Shown: one piece after another, positions 51,385-64,000 of the stretch
Layout of the letters: every line of letters begins with the position of its first letter
How positions within the stretch are numbered: position 1 is the first letter of the stretch
Source of the DNA: Octopus sinensis
Lineage: Eukaryota
Assembly: GCF_006345805.1 (NCBI RefSeq)
Contig: NC_043015.1
Span: 43,772,001-43,836,000 of the forward strand
Reading direction: 5' to 3'
DNA length: 64,000 nucleotides
Position numbers and translations under genes: made by a program
The notes under the pieces: model-generated
The model's database searches: none
Told to the model about the DNA's origin: nothing
The model's input: only the letters and a program-made list of their open reading frames with translations

Positions 51385-51627
51385 CATACTGTGCTTAAAA
51401 CCACCCCCTCTTTTCGTAGGTCCTCAATTTCATATTGTCTGTCTTTACCAGTAACATCAATATATATTGAGTAGTCTTCGTCCTTTGTTAGGATCAAACA
51501 TTCTCCAAAATCTAACAATGAACGACTTAGTTGTCAGCACTGTGGCATGGGCCCGACGTTGAATCAAGAGCCAACCTGACGTAGAACGCCAGTTATACAG
51601 ATGGGTGGTATTTATCAACAAATCCAC
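51385..51627 (-). pseudogene. Possible decayed fibrinogen-related domain (FReD) fragment
   Basis: SGWLLIQRR (51553-51579; cf. GGWTVIQRR), RFW (cf. EFW) and, after a frameshift, LTKDEDYSIYIDV (cf. LTxxxxYxLRIDL) in the correct order but with shortened spacing. Confidence 0.4.
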
Positions 51628-52110
51628 TTATCGTTGCATGTACGCCATAACATATTCTGGGGCCCCAACGAACAGACAAAACACATAGATTATTACAGTA
51701 TAGTACACTTGACAAATCAATAAAATGTAGCTAATAAGAGGCTTTATATTTTCTAGGCATCTTTTATAAAATCGCAGCATTTGATGACATTTCAAACGGG
51801 TATAATTTAGGCTCGGCCTTACTAGCAGCAATTAAGTGCCTTGAATGGCATAACTAAAAGCTACACGGTGAATATGTTGTATAATTAATGTATTTCGTTA
51901 CATTTCGTTACGTTCCAAGTTAAAATCATAAAAGGGATTGGTTATAATATAAGTGTGCCAAATGTGAGTCTCGCTAAGTCGTTTAATGCAGTTGACAAGA
52001 GCTGAATGGAAATGAGAAATTTATTGACATAACTTTTGAAGTGCTTTAGTTTTGCATGTGTGCGCTTGCCTCTTTCTCTCTCTCTCCCTATATATATATA
52101 TATATATCTG

Positions 52111-52146
<36 letters not shown>

Positions 52147-52295
52147 CACACACACACATATATATATATATGTATGTATATATACACACATATATACATA
52201 TGTGTATACATATATATACATATATATATATACGTATATATATACATATATATACATATATATATACATATATGTGTGTGGTGTGTGTCTGTATG

Positions 52296-52333
<38 letters not shown>

Positions 52334-53730
52334 AATTATATATATATATATTATATATATATATATATACACGCATATATATATATATATACATACAGAC
52401 CACATACACACACACATATATATATATGTATGTATATATATATGTATATAATATATACGTATATATATATATATATATATACATATATGTATACACATAT
52501 GTATATATGTGTGTATATATATGTATATATATTTGTATGGACAACATACGTCGTACATCCATAAATATACGCACACACATACATACACATATACATATAT
52601 ATAAATGCATATACATATATACATATATACATGCATACATACATGCATACATACAAACATACATAGATAATACATACATACATACATACATACATATACA
52701 TACATACATATATATAATGTATACCAATGCATACCTAGCGAATTATCCCCAATTCAGAGTTTATATTTACAATGTGAACCACGATGCCATTTATCGTGTT
52801 ACTTCCGATGAAATAATTGCCAATGTCGCATCTAGATTGATGTAATTAAACACATCGTGCAACATTACATGCAGATTATCAGTTGGCTATAAAATCACTG
52901 TTTGATACGTATTATCGAAAATGCCTCATCTCTTCATATCTAAATATTTACAACCTTCCCGGCTTTGAAATGCTTAATAACTAATGGAATCAGTATGAAC
53001 ATAATATGTTGTATATCATAGCGTTACTTAATCACTGTTATAACAGCATGTGAGAGAGGTAAACATTGTTAAACAATGCTTTACTCAACCGAACAAAAGC
53101 TAGGGGATATATATATATATATATACTTACTAAACTATGAAATAAGCAAAAGGGTTTTTAAATGTAGAGTCACATCGGAGTCACAATACATTGAAGCTAG
53201 AAGTAAGCAATGTCTTTAGAAATTGGTAGATTTGTGTCGTGACCCCTGCTAAATCGATGTGTTGTCTATGGAATACGTATTGTTGAGTGTTGGAGGATGT
53301 TTTGGAGGGTTCTTCGTCGGTGGCGGCGATAAACATTCAGTTGTTCGAGTTCGATTGGATCAATCCTTACTAGTGAAATGAACATGTAAACGGCTGAGTA
53401 CTCCATAGATATGTGGAATACCAGCAAATAGATTTTACACTTTTTCTGTTAAGTCATCATATACTGGCGATTCAGTTGGTCCTCGGTTCGATTCTTGTAC
53501 GTGATGTGGAGCGCCCATGATGATAGAGAGGTATTGGACACAGGGTGAACGGTTTCTTAGCTTCACCACCGCCACCACCACCGCCACCATCACAACCACC
53601 ACCACTACCGCTGCCACAATTATGACTACTACAAACACTACCATCACAAACGACTACTACTACTATTACTATAAACAACATCACCAGTACAGTCAGCTCC
53701 ACAACCATCACTAACCACTACCACCATTAC

Positions 53731-53954
53731 CTATTTCTTTATTACTCACAAGGGGCTAGACACAGAGGGGACAAACAAGGACAGACATGGGTATTAATTC
53801 GATTACATCGACCCCAGTGCGTAACTGGTACTTAATTTATCGACCCCGAAAGGATGAAAGGCAAAGTCGACCTGCGCGGAATTTGAACTCACAACGTAAC
53901 GGCAGACGAAATACCGCTAAGCATTTGGCCCGGTGTGCAAACGTTTCTGCCAGC
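53731..53954 (-). mobile_element. Family B SINE flanked by ACC/ACT repeats
   Basis: Matches 33868-34090. Confidence 0.8.
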
Positions 53955-54103
53955 ACCATTACCACCACCAGAAAAACCTTCACCACCACCACCACCACCA
54001 CCTCCACAATCAAACAAACAATGGCAACTACTACTAACACCACCACCTCCAATACTACTACCACCATCGCCGCTACTACTACTACTACTACTTACTACTA
54101 CTA

Positions 54104-54320
54104 CAAGTAAAGCAATTGCTAGCTATACTCAGAGACATGCAGCAGTTTTTCAAGACATTTTTTAGGGTTAGTAGTTCTTTGTTGATTTTTTTGTGTAGAG
54201 TTGCTTTTATTTTTATTGTTCCCCAAAAACCATTTCAAAATGGATTCTGAGCTGTAGTTTCTATCCATTTTGTAGAGAAGACAATTGTGTCAGTTTGCAA
54301 AATTTCATTATTCCTCATTT
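54104..54320 (+). repeat. ~215-bp direct repeat, copy 2
   Basis: Clearly homologous to 51049-51263, with scattered substitutions. Confidence 0.9.
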
Positions 54321-54494
54321 GAAAATTACAAAATGTAGAAAGAGTTGTTCAAAATGTAGAAATCAATATTTCTCAATTCACAAATTCTCACTTATTTTTT
54401 TGTTTCAAATCTCATCATCTTTCTAACGAAGTCTCCTTCAGCTTTTCAGCATGTTCACTAGTCTTCCCATGAAATACAGGCAATTTGTGTCTGA

Positions 54495-54532
<38 letters not shown>

Positions 54533-54681
54533 TCTTTTTACATCTCTGCATCAGTACAGATATGCTTACATGCAAACATACCACACACTCTCTCTCACAC
54601 ACAGACATATATGCTCACATGTATACATGTACATGTATGTGTATATATATGTGTGTGCATATATATGTATATATATGTATT

Positions 54682-54726
<45 letters not shown>

Positions 54727-55183
54727 CATGTTATATATGTATGTATATATATATATGTGTATAAATACGTATGTATATATATATATATATATTATATATA
54801 TGTGTGTATGCATATATATATATGTATATATATTATATATATATATATATATATCTATATTGTATATATATACATACATACATACATGTATTACATACAT
54901 ACACATATGCACACACATACATACATTTCATATATAATAATAATAATACATGCATACATACATATATAATACATACATACATATATTATGTATATATATA
55001 TATATATATAATATAATACATACATATATATAATACATACATACATACATATATATATATATATCTATATATATATATAATAATACATATACACATACAT
55101 ACATTTCATATATATATATTATATATAATATATATATTATATACTGTATATATATATATATACATGTATATATATATATATAT

Positions 55184-55214
<31 letters not shown>

Positions 55215-55371
55215 GTATATATGGGGCTGTTGATCTCTCTGCTAGACCTCCATTCTTCCTCGTGCTTTCTTACTGATGACCTCAAAGACTGTTAAGATGC
55301 TTTCATTCCAACCAAGAGTTCCAATTACAAAGAACGCCATGCATTGCATTTTGTGTGCGACACACGGCTGC

Positions 55372-55413
55372 TGACGTCAAAGAATATATTGTGTAGCAAG
55401 ACAAAAGATGGCG
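55372..55413. promoter_or_regulatory. CRE plus YY1-like motif pair
   Basis: TGACGTCA 55372-55379 and AAGATGGCG 55405-55413. Confidence 0.25.
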
Positions 55414-56008
55414 ACTCCGCTACCATTGAACACCTCTCTCCTCTCTCTTTCTCTCTCTCTTTCTCTCTCTCTGTCTCTTTCAGGATTCATATCTCTATTT
55501 GTCTCTTTGGGTGGAAACAGGTCGCTCTCATCTATTCGTGTTTGTAAATTGCATTCAAACACAGATATATTTACGTACACATTACTTTATTTATGTATAC
55601 ATACAAACATACAAACATACATACATGTGTGTGTTAGTGTACGTCTGTACACACATACACACACACAGACATGCATATAAATACAGGTATATATTCATAT
55701 ATCTTTGATTTATATATATATATATATGTGTGTGTTTGTGTACATATATAGTGTGTATATAATTACATATATGAGTGTATATATAAACACTTATTCAAAT
55801 TACAAATAGCGCGTTGTGTCTGTATGTATGTGGCTGTGTGTGATTGTCTATTCAAACAATAGAAGGAAGCACTCAATACATACTGTAGGATCTATATTTA
55901 CGATAAGAGGTTGCTGATTAAAGCACGTTTTTCTTTTCATTGGACACGAAAAAAATGTGTGTAATAACAGAGGTATAAATATCCATGTTCCCTAACATTA
56001 ACACGAAA

Positions 56009-56317
56009 ACGCAATGGCCTAGTGGTTAAGGCAGCAGACATGCGGTCGTAGGATCGCGGTTTCGGTTCCCAGACCGGGCGTCGTGCATATTTATTGAGCA
56101 AAGACATATAAAGTTTCACGTGGCTCCGGCACTCTTTCTTCCTGTTTCTGTTGTACCTGTATTTGAAAGGGCCAATCTTCTCACAAACTGTTGTCACGCT
56201 GAATCTCCCGGTGAACTATGTTAAGAGTACACGTGTCTGTGAAATGCTCAGACGCCACTTGCACATTAATTTCACGGGATCAACTGGAACCTGCATCGTC
56301 GTAACCGACGGAGTGCC
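56009..56317 (+). mobile_element. SINE family D, internally deleted
   Basis: gcaatggcctagtggttaaggcagc head to tail gtcgtaaccgacggagtgc. Confidence 0.8.
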
Positions 56318-56739
56318 ACAAAACATCATTACCATAATCACAACATCAGCAATTTGAAGGGCCATAATGGTAGTTTATTACAACAAAATTAGCTTTTCAG
56401 TTTTAATGGGAGATCTACGCCTACGTGACTGAGGCGGCCGGTATGTACACAAAAACAAAATGAAGGTACGCAAACTGAACCCGCCGGCTTGCATACGAAG
56501 CACCGAAAAACATGAAATGATATTCGACACAAAAGAGAACATAATAAGGCTGATTAAATATCGCAAATTATTTTGTGTGATTCTATTTGGATTCTACACG
56601 CTATTGGCCTTATAATCAACCAACAAAAGTAGCAACAAAGTATAAAATAAATTATCAAATAGAAATTATTTACAAATAAATTATATCAGTAATTATACAT
56701 AAACGCATATATACCTACAGAATACTATCTATGTGTGCG

Positions 56740-56782
<43 letters not shown>

Positions 56783-56857
56783 CCACCCTATGTATATATA
56801 TATACACTTGGGCGTGTAAGAGTGTGTGTGTGTGTTGTGTGTATAATATGTATATAT

Positions 56858-57298
56858 GCGCAGGAGTGGCTGTGTGGTAAGTAGCTTGCTAACCACCACA
56901 TGGTTCCGGGTTCAGTCCCACTGGCGTGGTACCTGGGCAAGTGTCTTCTACTATAGCCTCGGGCCGACCAATGCCTTGTGAGTGGATTTGGGTAGACGGA
57001 AACTGAAAGAAGCCTGTCGTATATATGTAATATTAATATATATATATATATATGTGTGTGTGTATATATATATATGTTGTGTGTGTCTGTGTGTGTCCCC
57101 CTAGCATTGCTTGAACAACGATGCGTGGTGTGTTTACGTCCCCGTCACTTAGCGGTTCGGCAAAAGAGCCGATAGAATAAGTACTGGGCTTACAAAAGAA
57201 TAAGTCCGGGGTCGAGTTGCTCGACTAAAGGCGGTGTGTCCAGCATGGCCGCAGTCAAATGACTGAAAAAGTAAAAGAGTAAAAGAGGTAAAAGAGTA
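56858..57298 (+). mobile_element. SINE family A, full length
   Basis: Head and gtaaaagag tail. Confidence 0.85.
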
Positions 57299-57758
57299 TG
57301 AGGAAATTATTGATTATGCACGTAAAATATTTAAATTTTAAACGGAAATATAAGTATGTATTAACAACATTTATTCCCCCAGTCTTTATAAAAGTAGACC
57401 TAATTACTATATTGCATAAAATTGCATGAACAACATATATATATATATGATATATAATATATATATTGATATATAATATATATATATATGATATATATAA
57501 TATGATATATAAGTATAATATATAATATATATATACATATATATATATATGTATATCATATGTAAGTATGTATGTTTTTAAATGCGTGCACAGGTACTTC
57601 TGTGTGGAGTTATGTATGCGTATCAGTTTAAAAATTCTTTCGAGGTATATTTCCGATCGGAACCAATTAGGTAATTCTTCCATGCTGGTTTAGGGTAGAA
57701 ATTTAGTTAATACAGTACTTGAATTTCAGTATGAATTTAAAAAGGGTTTGTCTGTCTG

Positions 57759-57847
<89 letters not shown>

Positions 57848-57856
57848 ATATATATA

Positions 57857-58270
57857 AAATATTATTAGAGACAAAACCACTATTTTGCAAAACAAACAAG
57901 GAAAGACTTAATCAATACATAAAATTTTAATAAATAGTCAAAAAAACCGCCACTACAATCGTTTCTTGTCTGATCGACAATCTTCAGGTGGAATTCCAAT
58001 AGGTCAATTTCAAATTTTCATAATTGAAATTGACTTATTGGAAAGTCCACCGTGAAGATTGTCGATCAAGACAAGAAACGATTGTAGTGGCGGTTTTTTT
58101 TTTGGACTATTATTAAAATTTTATGTATTGATTAAGTCTTTCCTTGTTTGTTTTGCAAAATAGTGGTTTTGTCTCTAATAATATTTATAATATTTTACTA
58201 TAAAAATTGGATTTAATCCTAAATCTGTTTTTTTTCCCCTGTAATTTGGATTTATTCCCTAATATTTATT
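57857..58270. mobile_element. Palindromic Penelope-like pLTR (arms 57857-58013 / 58024-58186, 10-nt spacer) plus a 3' extension
   Basis: Direct reverse-complement match; the extension is homologous to 8290-8400; flanked by (TATC)n/(TA)n. Confidence 0.85.
57950..57991 (-). ncRNA. Minimal type I hammerhead ribozyme
   Basis: ccac-CTGAAGA-ttgtc gatca gacaa-GAA-AC gatt GT-A-gtgg. The + arm copy (58047-58090) has CGTGAAGA, a 1-nt insertion in the core. Confidence 0.8.
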
Positions 58271-58283
58271 ATTAGATTATTAT

Positions 58284-58318
<35 letters not shown>

Positions 58319-58350
58319 AATACTTATACACACTCACCACACAACACACA

Positions 58351-58398
<48 letters not shown>

Positions 58399-58408
58399 GT
58401 AAATATAA

Positions 58409-58442
<34 letters not shown>

Positions 58443-58696
58443 TATATATATATATGTATAATATATATATATATATATATAATATACATAAATAAATAAA
58501 TATATATATATATATATATGTATATATAATATATATATATACATACATATATATATACATACATACATAGAGAGGGACGCATTAATTGCAAAATCCAAAT
58601 AATATCGAAACAAGATAACATGCAGATGCGACGCAAAAGAGAGGTTATTTATTTTAAATCGGCCAACGTTTATTTTTTTCTCGGTACACCTGTACA

Positions 58697-59270
58697 TACT
58701 TACATACATACATTCATACATGCATTCATACATGCATACATACATACATTCATACATGCATTCATACATGCATACATACATAAATACATACATACATACA
58801 TACATACATGCATAAATACATAAATACATACATACATACATACATATGTGCATACATACATACATACATACATACATACATACATACATACATACATTCA
58901 TACATGCATACATACATACATTCATACATGCATTCATACATGCATACATACATAAATACATACATACATACATACATGCATAAATACATAAATACATACA
59001 TACATACATACATATGTGCATACATACATACATACATACATACATACATACATACATACATTCATACATGCATACATACATACATTCATACATGCATACA
59101 TACATAAATACATACATACATACATACATACATAACATACATACATACATGCATAAATACATAAATACATACATACATACATACATACATACATACATGC
59201 ATAAATACATAAATACATACATGCATATGTGCATACATTCATATATACATACATAGATACATACATACAT
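58697..59270. repeat. (CATA)n satellite with higher-order variant blocks
   Basis: Variants catg/catt/aata recur; atatgtgc marker at ~58844, 59012 and 59225. Confidence 0.9.
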
Positions 59271-59362
59271 ATATTTCAGTGTCGAATATTTCCAAATGAA
59301 AATTCATAATATGCCTCTGAATGTATATATATATATATGGACACACATAAAGATATTATTAA

Positions 59363-59399
<37 letters not shown>

Positions 59400-59567
59400 A
59401 AGTGGCTAGCCTATTAACTTTTCAGTGATATTGTAGCTTTTTAGAGAATTCTTCGACTCTCATTTCTAGCAACGCAGGTACTCTACCGTACTCCGGATTA
59501 TAAATATATGTGTGTGTGTGTGTGTGGTGTGTGTGTGTGTGTCTGTCTGTCTGTCTGTATGTGCTGT

Positions 59568-59983
59568 CTTACTCTTTTACTCTTTTCTCTTTTACTTGTT
59601 TCAGTCATTTGACTGCGGCCATGCTGGAGCACCGCCTTTAGTCGAGCAAATCGACCTCAGGACTTATTCTTTGTAAGCCTAGTGCTTATTCTATCAGTCT
59701 GTTTTGCCGAACCGCTAAGCTACGGGGACGTAAACACACCAGCATCGGTTGTCAAGCGATGCTGGGGGGAGAAACATAGCCACACAAACACACACACGCA
59801 TATACATACACATAAATACGACGGGCTTCTTTCAGTTTCCGTCTACCAAATCCACTCACAAGGCTTTGGTTAGCCCGAGGCTATAGTAGATAACACTTGC
59901 TCAAGGTGCCACGTAGTAGGACTGAACCCGAAACCATGTGATTGGTAAGCAAACTATTTACCACACAACCACTTCTGCGCCTA
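59568..59983 (-). mobile_element. SINE family A, full length
   Basis: Reverse complement of the A consensus. Confidence 0.85.
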
Positions 59984-60659
59984 TGTATGTATGTATGTAT
60001 GTATGTATGTATGTATGTATGTATGTATGTATGTATGTGTGTATGTATGAATGGATGAACATATCGATGTTGACAGAACAGGTGAAGAATTGATTCTTTG
60101 TCGAAAGTTTCCCGATGGCAACACTTTATCATTAATTTTTTTAAAAAATTTCATCTAAAAGATCGGATATATGTCGCCATACAAAGCATCTGCTTACCGT
60201 AGGAGACAACACGAAAGCCTCTATGGGGTTTCTGAGCTAGCTAGAAACAGCAGGAAGTGTCTTCATACGCTAGCCCGTACATCCTACCGCTTTAAAGAAA
60301 ATGAAATCTCAAAATAATCCTTGATGAATTGTGTAGCTTTGTTCGCTTAAATTCCATCTGGAAAGTATTAACATCAACACCACCGTCTGTCTTGATAATT
60401 AATATGAATGCTTTCTATTTGGTGCGCAACGCCGGCAGTGTTGGAGGGAGAACACAAGTCAACCTCATCGGCAACAGTTCCTGATTGGTATTTTATTCTT
60501 TCGTCCCCGAAGAGATGCAGAGCATAGGTTTGGTGGGATATGAACTAAAAATGTAAAAGTAAAAAACGAAAAAAATACCGTTTAGAAGTTCCCTACCCTC
60601 TAACGAATCTATCAATTTGCCATCTTAGTGACTGCAACAATACAAAAAACAATAATACT

Positions 60660-60870
60660 GGTTACAAATATTGGCATAGGGCCAGTAATTTAGGGAGCGG
60701 GATTAAGTCGATTATGTCGTTCTACCAGTGTTTCACTGGTACTTATTTTATCAACCCCGAAATGATGACAATGTCGGTGTCAGTGGAATTAGAACTCAGA
60801 ACGTAAAGACAGACGAAATGCCGCGAAGCATTTTGCCCGGCGTGCTAAAGATTCTGCCAGCTCGCCGCCT
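60660..60870 (-). mobile_element. Family B SINE
   Basis: Ends ctgccagctcgccgcct immediately before gaataac(aac)n. Confidence 0.75.
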
Positions 60871-60874
60871 GAAT

Positions 60875-60920
<46 letters not shown>

Positions 60921-61032
60921 ACAATAATAATATATAATAATAATAATAATAATGATGATGATGATGATGATGATGATGTTGATGATGATGATGATGATGA
61001 TGATGATAATGATAATGATGATGATGATGATG

Positions 61033-61081
<49 letters not shown>

Positions 61082-61094
61082 TAATAATGATAAT

Positions 61095-61300
61095 AATGGT
61101 TTTAAATTTTGCCACAAGGGCAGCAATTTTTGAGTAGGGGATGAGTCGATTACTTCGACCCCAGTATTTAACTGCTACTTATTTTATTGATCTCCCCGGC
61201 GGCATTTGAACTCGAACGTGAAGACACGAAATACCACTAAACATTCCGAAATACAACTAAGCATTCCGCAAGGCATGCTAACGACTCGGCCAGCTCGCAG
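61095..61300 (-). mobile_element. Family B SINE flanked by (AAT)n
   Basis: gtcgattacttcgaccccagt...ggcatttgaactc...ggccagctcgc, with (aat)n on both sides. Confidence 0.7.
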
Positions 61301-61324
61301 ACTAATAATAATAATAAAATAATG

Positions 61325-61379
<55 letters not shown>

Positions 61380-61410
61380 TAAGATAATAATAACATATAA
61401 TAATATAATG

Positions 61411-61962
61411 ATGTGGAGCTATGCCAACATTATGGAATAACAACAGAAAAAAGATGGTATAGGCCACACACCAGAAAAGGTCACAGAAAACGAGAAAGCA
61501 ACCATACTCTGGGATATGCCGATACACACAGAGAGAGAAATAAGGCCAACAGACCAGATATAGTTGTCAGAGATCATGAAGAAAAAAATGCTTTCTAATT
61601 GATGTATCAATACCGGCAGAATGACAACGTGTCTCTAAAAGAAATGGAGAAACTCTCAAAATACAAAGACTGGAAATAGAGGTAACTAGAATGTGGAATC
61701 TGAAAACAAACACATTCCTATCATAGTAGGTGCATTAGGCATGATAAAAAAATTCCAGACAAATACATAACAAAAACCCCAGGACTTACAAACACATATA
61801 ACATACAGAAAATTGCACTACTAGGCACTAGCACACATCCTACGCAGAACACTTTCCATACAATAACCATCAGAGCATCACAACAATCACAGCACATACC
61901 CAAGGCACACAGAGCTGCGCTCGGTAGTGAAGTGAAAGCACGCTATAAAAATAAAACTACTG
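61411..61962 (+). mobile_element. 5'-truncated R4/Dong-like non-LTR retrotransposon (restriction-like endonuclease domain and 3' UTR) in (TAA)n
   Basis: LCQHYGITTEKRWY...KANRPDIVVRDHEEK...FLIDVSIP...EKLSKYKD...IEVTRMWNLKT...IPIIVGALG...IQKIALLGT.AHILRRTLSIQ* (stop 61864-61866); PD-(D/E)xK pattern; (AAT)n on both flanks. Confidence 0.85.
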
Positions 61963-62696
61963 AATAATAATAATAATGATAATGATAATAACAACAACAA
62001 CAACAAAAGCAGCACGTGGCAGAGAATTTACCGCTTAATAGTCGTTAATACGCTGGATAGAAATGCGTTAATTTTTCACGTCTACTGTCGTGTTTCGTTA
62101 ATGACTAAATTGCCATCATTCTATTATCAAGGGGGAAATTTGTGTACCACTACATTTATTCTAAGTACAATAGATACCGACATCTCAATTTGCCCTCGTA
62201 TTCTTTTGAAGAGTATATTAGTTTATAGGAAATCTAATGAGCAAATAATTATCTGAATAATAAATGCATTTTTTTTATATTTTGAGTTGTCAAAGTTACT
62301 AACTCTCACTTGGTAAGTGGTCTGCGTAATTTGACGCGAGAAATTTGTGAGTTTATTATCAAAGTATAAAACTGCATTTGAATGAATTCTTGGGCTAGAA
62401 TTTACAAGCTCAGAGACGTAGAGATATTTACTCCGAAGACCTATTAAGTCTTCTTATGAACTACCTGACTAAGTATACATATTTTGTGTTCTTCATACCC
62501 TCAAGAATATTTTCTAATCTTATTTTTTATAAATCAGTCATTCCAATTTGCTTAAATCTTTAGTAGTATTGGTTTTATAGACTACGTTCCCGCAGGCTTT
62601 TAAAAGACCGTATTTGGTAGCTAAAGAAGTACCAACACGGGAATGAAACTATTCCAGTTGATACTTTTTCTCTATCCATGATGATATTGTAGATAA

Positions 62697-62737
<41 letters not shown>

Positions 62738-63079
62738 CACACATTTTTAAAGAGATTTGTTGTGTAAGGCCGGGACAATGCGAGAAGTTGCAAAGTACAA
62801 AGGAAAAGAAAATAACGATGCGGTTTTAACTTGTAACGCACCAGTACTATTTAATAATCGCGGCGGTTGAGAACCGAAATTGCTTTGACTGACGATGCAA
62901 CACCTTATATACACCCCTGACATTATACATGTCACAATGTCAGAACGAATGCATTTCCAGCATGTTTTAAAAGTTGTGGCGATTACCTTATAACAAATAC
63001 GATGTCAATAAACGTCTGTATTTTATTTCAAGATGCAATAAACTGTTCTTTTGTAAAATACTTTATATACATGTTTTTG

Positions 63080-63523
63080 GGATCTTTCCAGTTTGAACGG
63101 CAGTTTTTAACATAATTTCTAGGTAACTAAAAAATTTTAATCGTCATATACTGGTAGAATGTGTTTATAAAACATCTTTTTCTCTTAGCTTTATTGAGAA
63201 AATTCTATGTTTTGTAAGATATTTGTTGTTATTTTTTTTCTTCAATTTCTGCAATTTCAGCCAATCACTGACGTCCATTGAGGTAAAAAAAACATTCTGT
63301 GCCGTATGAATATGTCCCTCGTTTAAGAAACAGATTGGGTTTATTTACATTTGTGAAGAAAAAAAGATACCCTTCCCCCCACCCCTAACCTTAACCCTAA
63401 CCCTAACTAACCCTAACCCTAAAACAGATTGAAATGCAATAGACCGATACTAGGGTCATACTTATGGGTGACAATTTCATATGACACCGCTAGAAAAATC
63501 TGCCGTTCAAACCGAAAAGATCC
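63080..63523. mobile_element. 444-bp MITE with ~29-bp TIRs and a probable 8-bp TSD
   Basis: ggatctttccagtttgaacggcagttttt / aaaaatctgccgttcaaaccgaaaagatcc; flanks tgtttttg and tgttttta. Confidence 0.8.
63382..63422. repeat. Interstitial telomere-type (CCCTAA)n, ~6 imperfect units
   Basis: cccctaaccttaaccctaaccctaactaaccctaaccctaa, inside the MITE. Confidence 0.85.
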
Positions 63524-64000
63524 TGTTTTTATTTTTAAACAAACACCATCAATCGCTTTTCTTTCATCAACAGCTAAATAAACAGGTTCGTGAGTAAAGT
63601 GTTAATACATATATATATGTGTGTTTATAATGCTACGATTACGGCAATTTGGAATTAATCATAGGTTTCGTCTCTTAAATATCTTAATCTCTTTAAAAGT
63701 TTTCTCTTTGATTTCCTGTGATTAATTTGCCCGTCGTTAAATTCAGGTCACTTACCCAATAAGAACCAGTGAAAAACGAATGTCTTATTTTAGTTATCTT
63801 TTGTAATTCTTCGTTCTTTTGACTTTTCAATATTTTTTCTGTTAATTTTTTATTCCTTTTCTTTTTGCGAAAAAAAAGACAAAAACAAATATATAAAAAA
63901 AAACAAGTACTTTTAATTGAACACTCGAATATGTTTTGCTTTTCTCTACAGGTCTCTCGAAGATATTTCGCGAAATATTGATTAATGCTAAATAGACAGG

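Noticed and set aside
51049-54320. LTR retrotransposon bounded by the direct repeats
   Set aside because: No TG...CA termini, PBS, PPT or gag/pol remnants.
51942-55016. Long YI/HT/VC repeat ORFs (also at 9606, 19309, 22518 and 58272)
   Set aside because: (TA)n/(CA)n/(CATA)n translations.
63382-63422. Chromosome end or telomere fusion site
   Set aside because: Only ~6 imperfect units, enclosed within a TIR element.

Overview
AT-rich, microsatellite-saturated eukaryotic DNA. The repeat content looks like a coleoid cephalopod, most likely Octopus; this is inferred from recognisable SINE families and is not provable from the window alone. No intact host protein-coding gene can be supported, and almost all ORF-track entries are translations of simple repeats. 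Identifiable content: (i) about 35 tRNA-derived SINE copies of several modular families (labelled A, B, C, D, F here for convenience); (ii) decayed coding remnants of a hATm-like transposase, a mariner, a CR1 3' end, a Penelope-like RT and a Dong/R4-like restriction-like endonuclease; (iii) MITEs, a Helitron/HINE-like element and higher-order satellites. The main finding is about 12 minimal type I hammerhead ribozyme motifs (stem I-CUGANGA-stem II-GAAA-palindromic stem III-NUH), read by eye, from at least six unrelated sequence families. Most lie in or beside (TA)n tracts and several sit in fold-back palindromes. Three lie in a head-to-tail ~470-bp array (41311-42561) that has the layout of a retrozyme or Penelope pLTR multimer able to release unit-length RNAs. 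Coordinates were counted by hand; element boundaries may be off by several bases.
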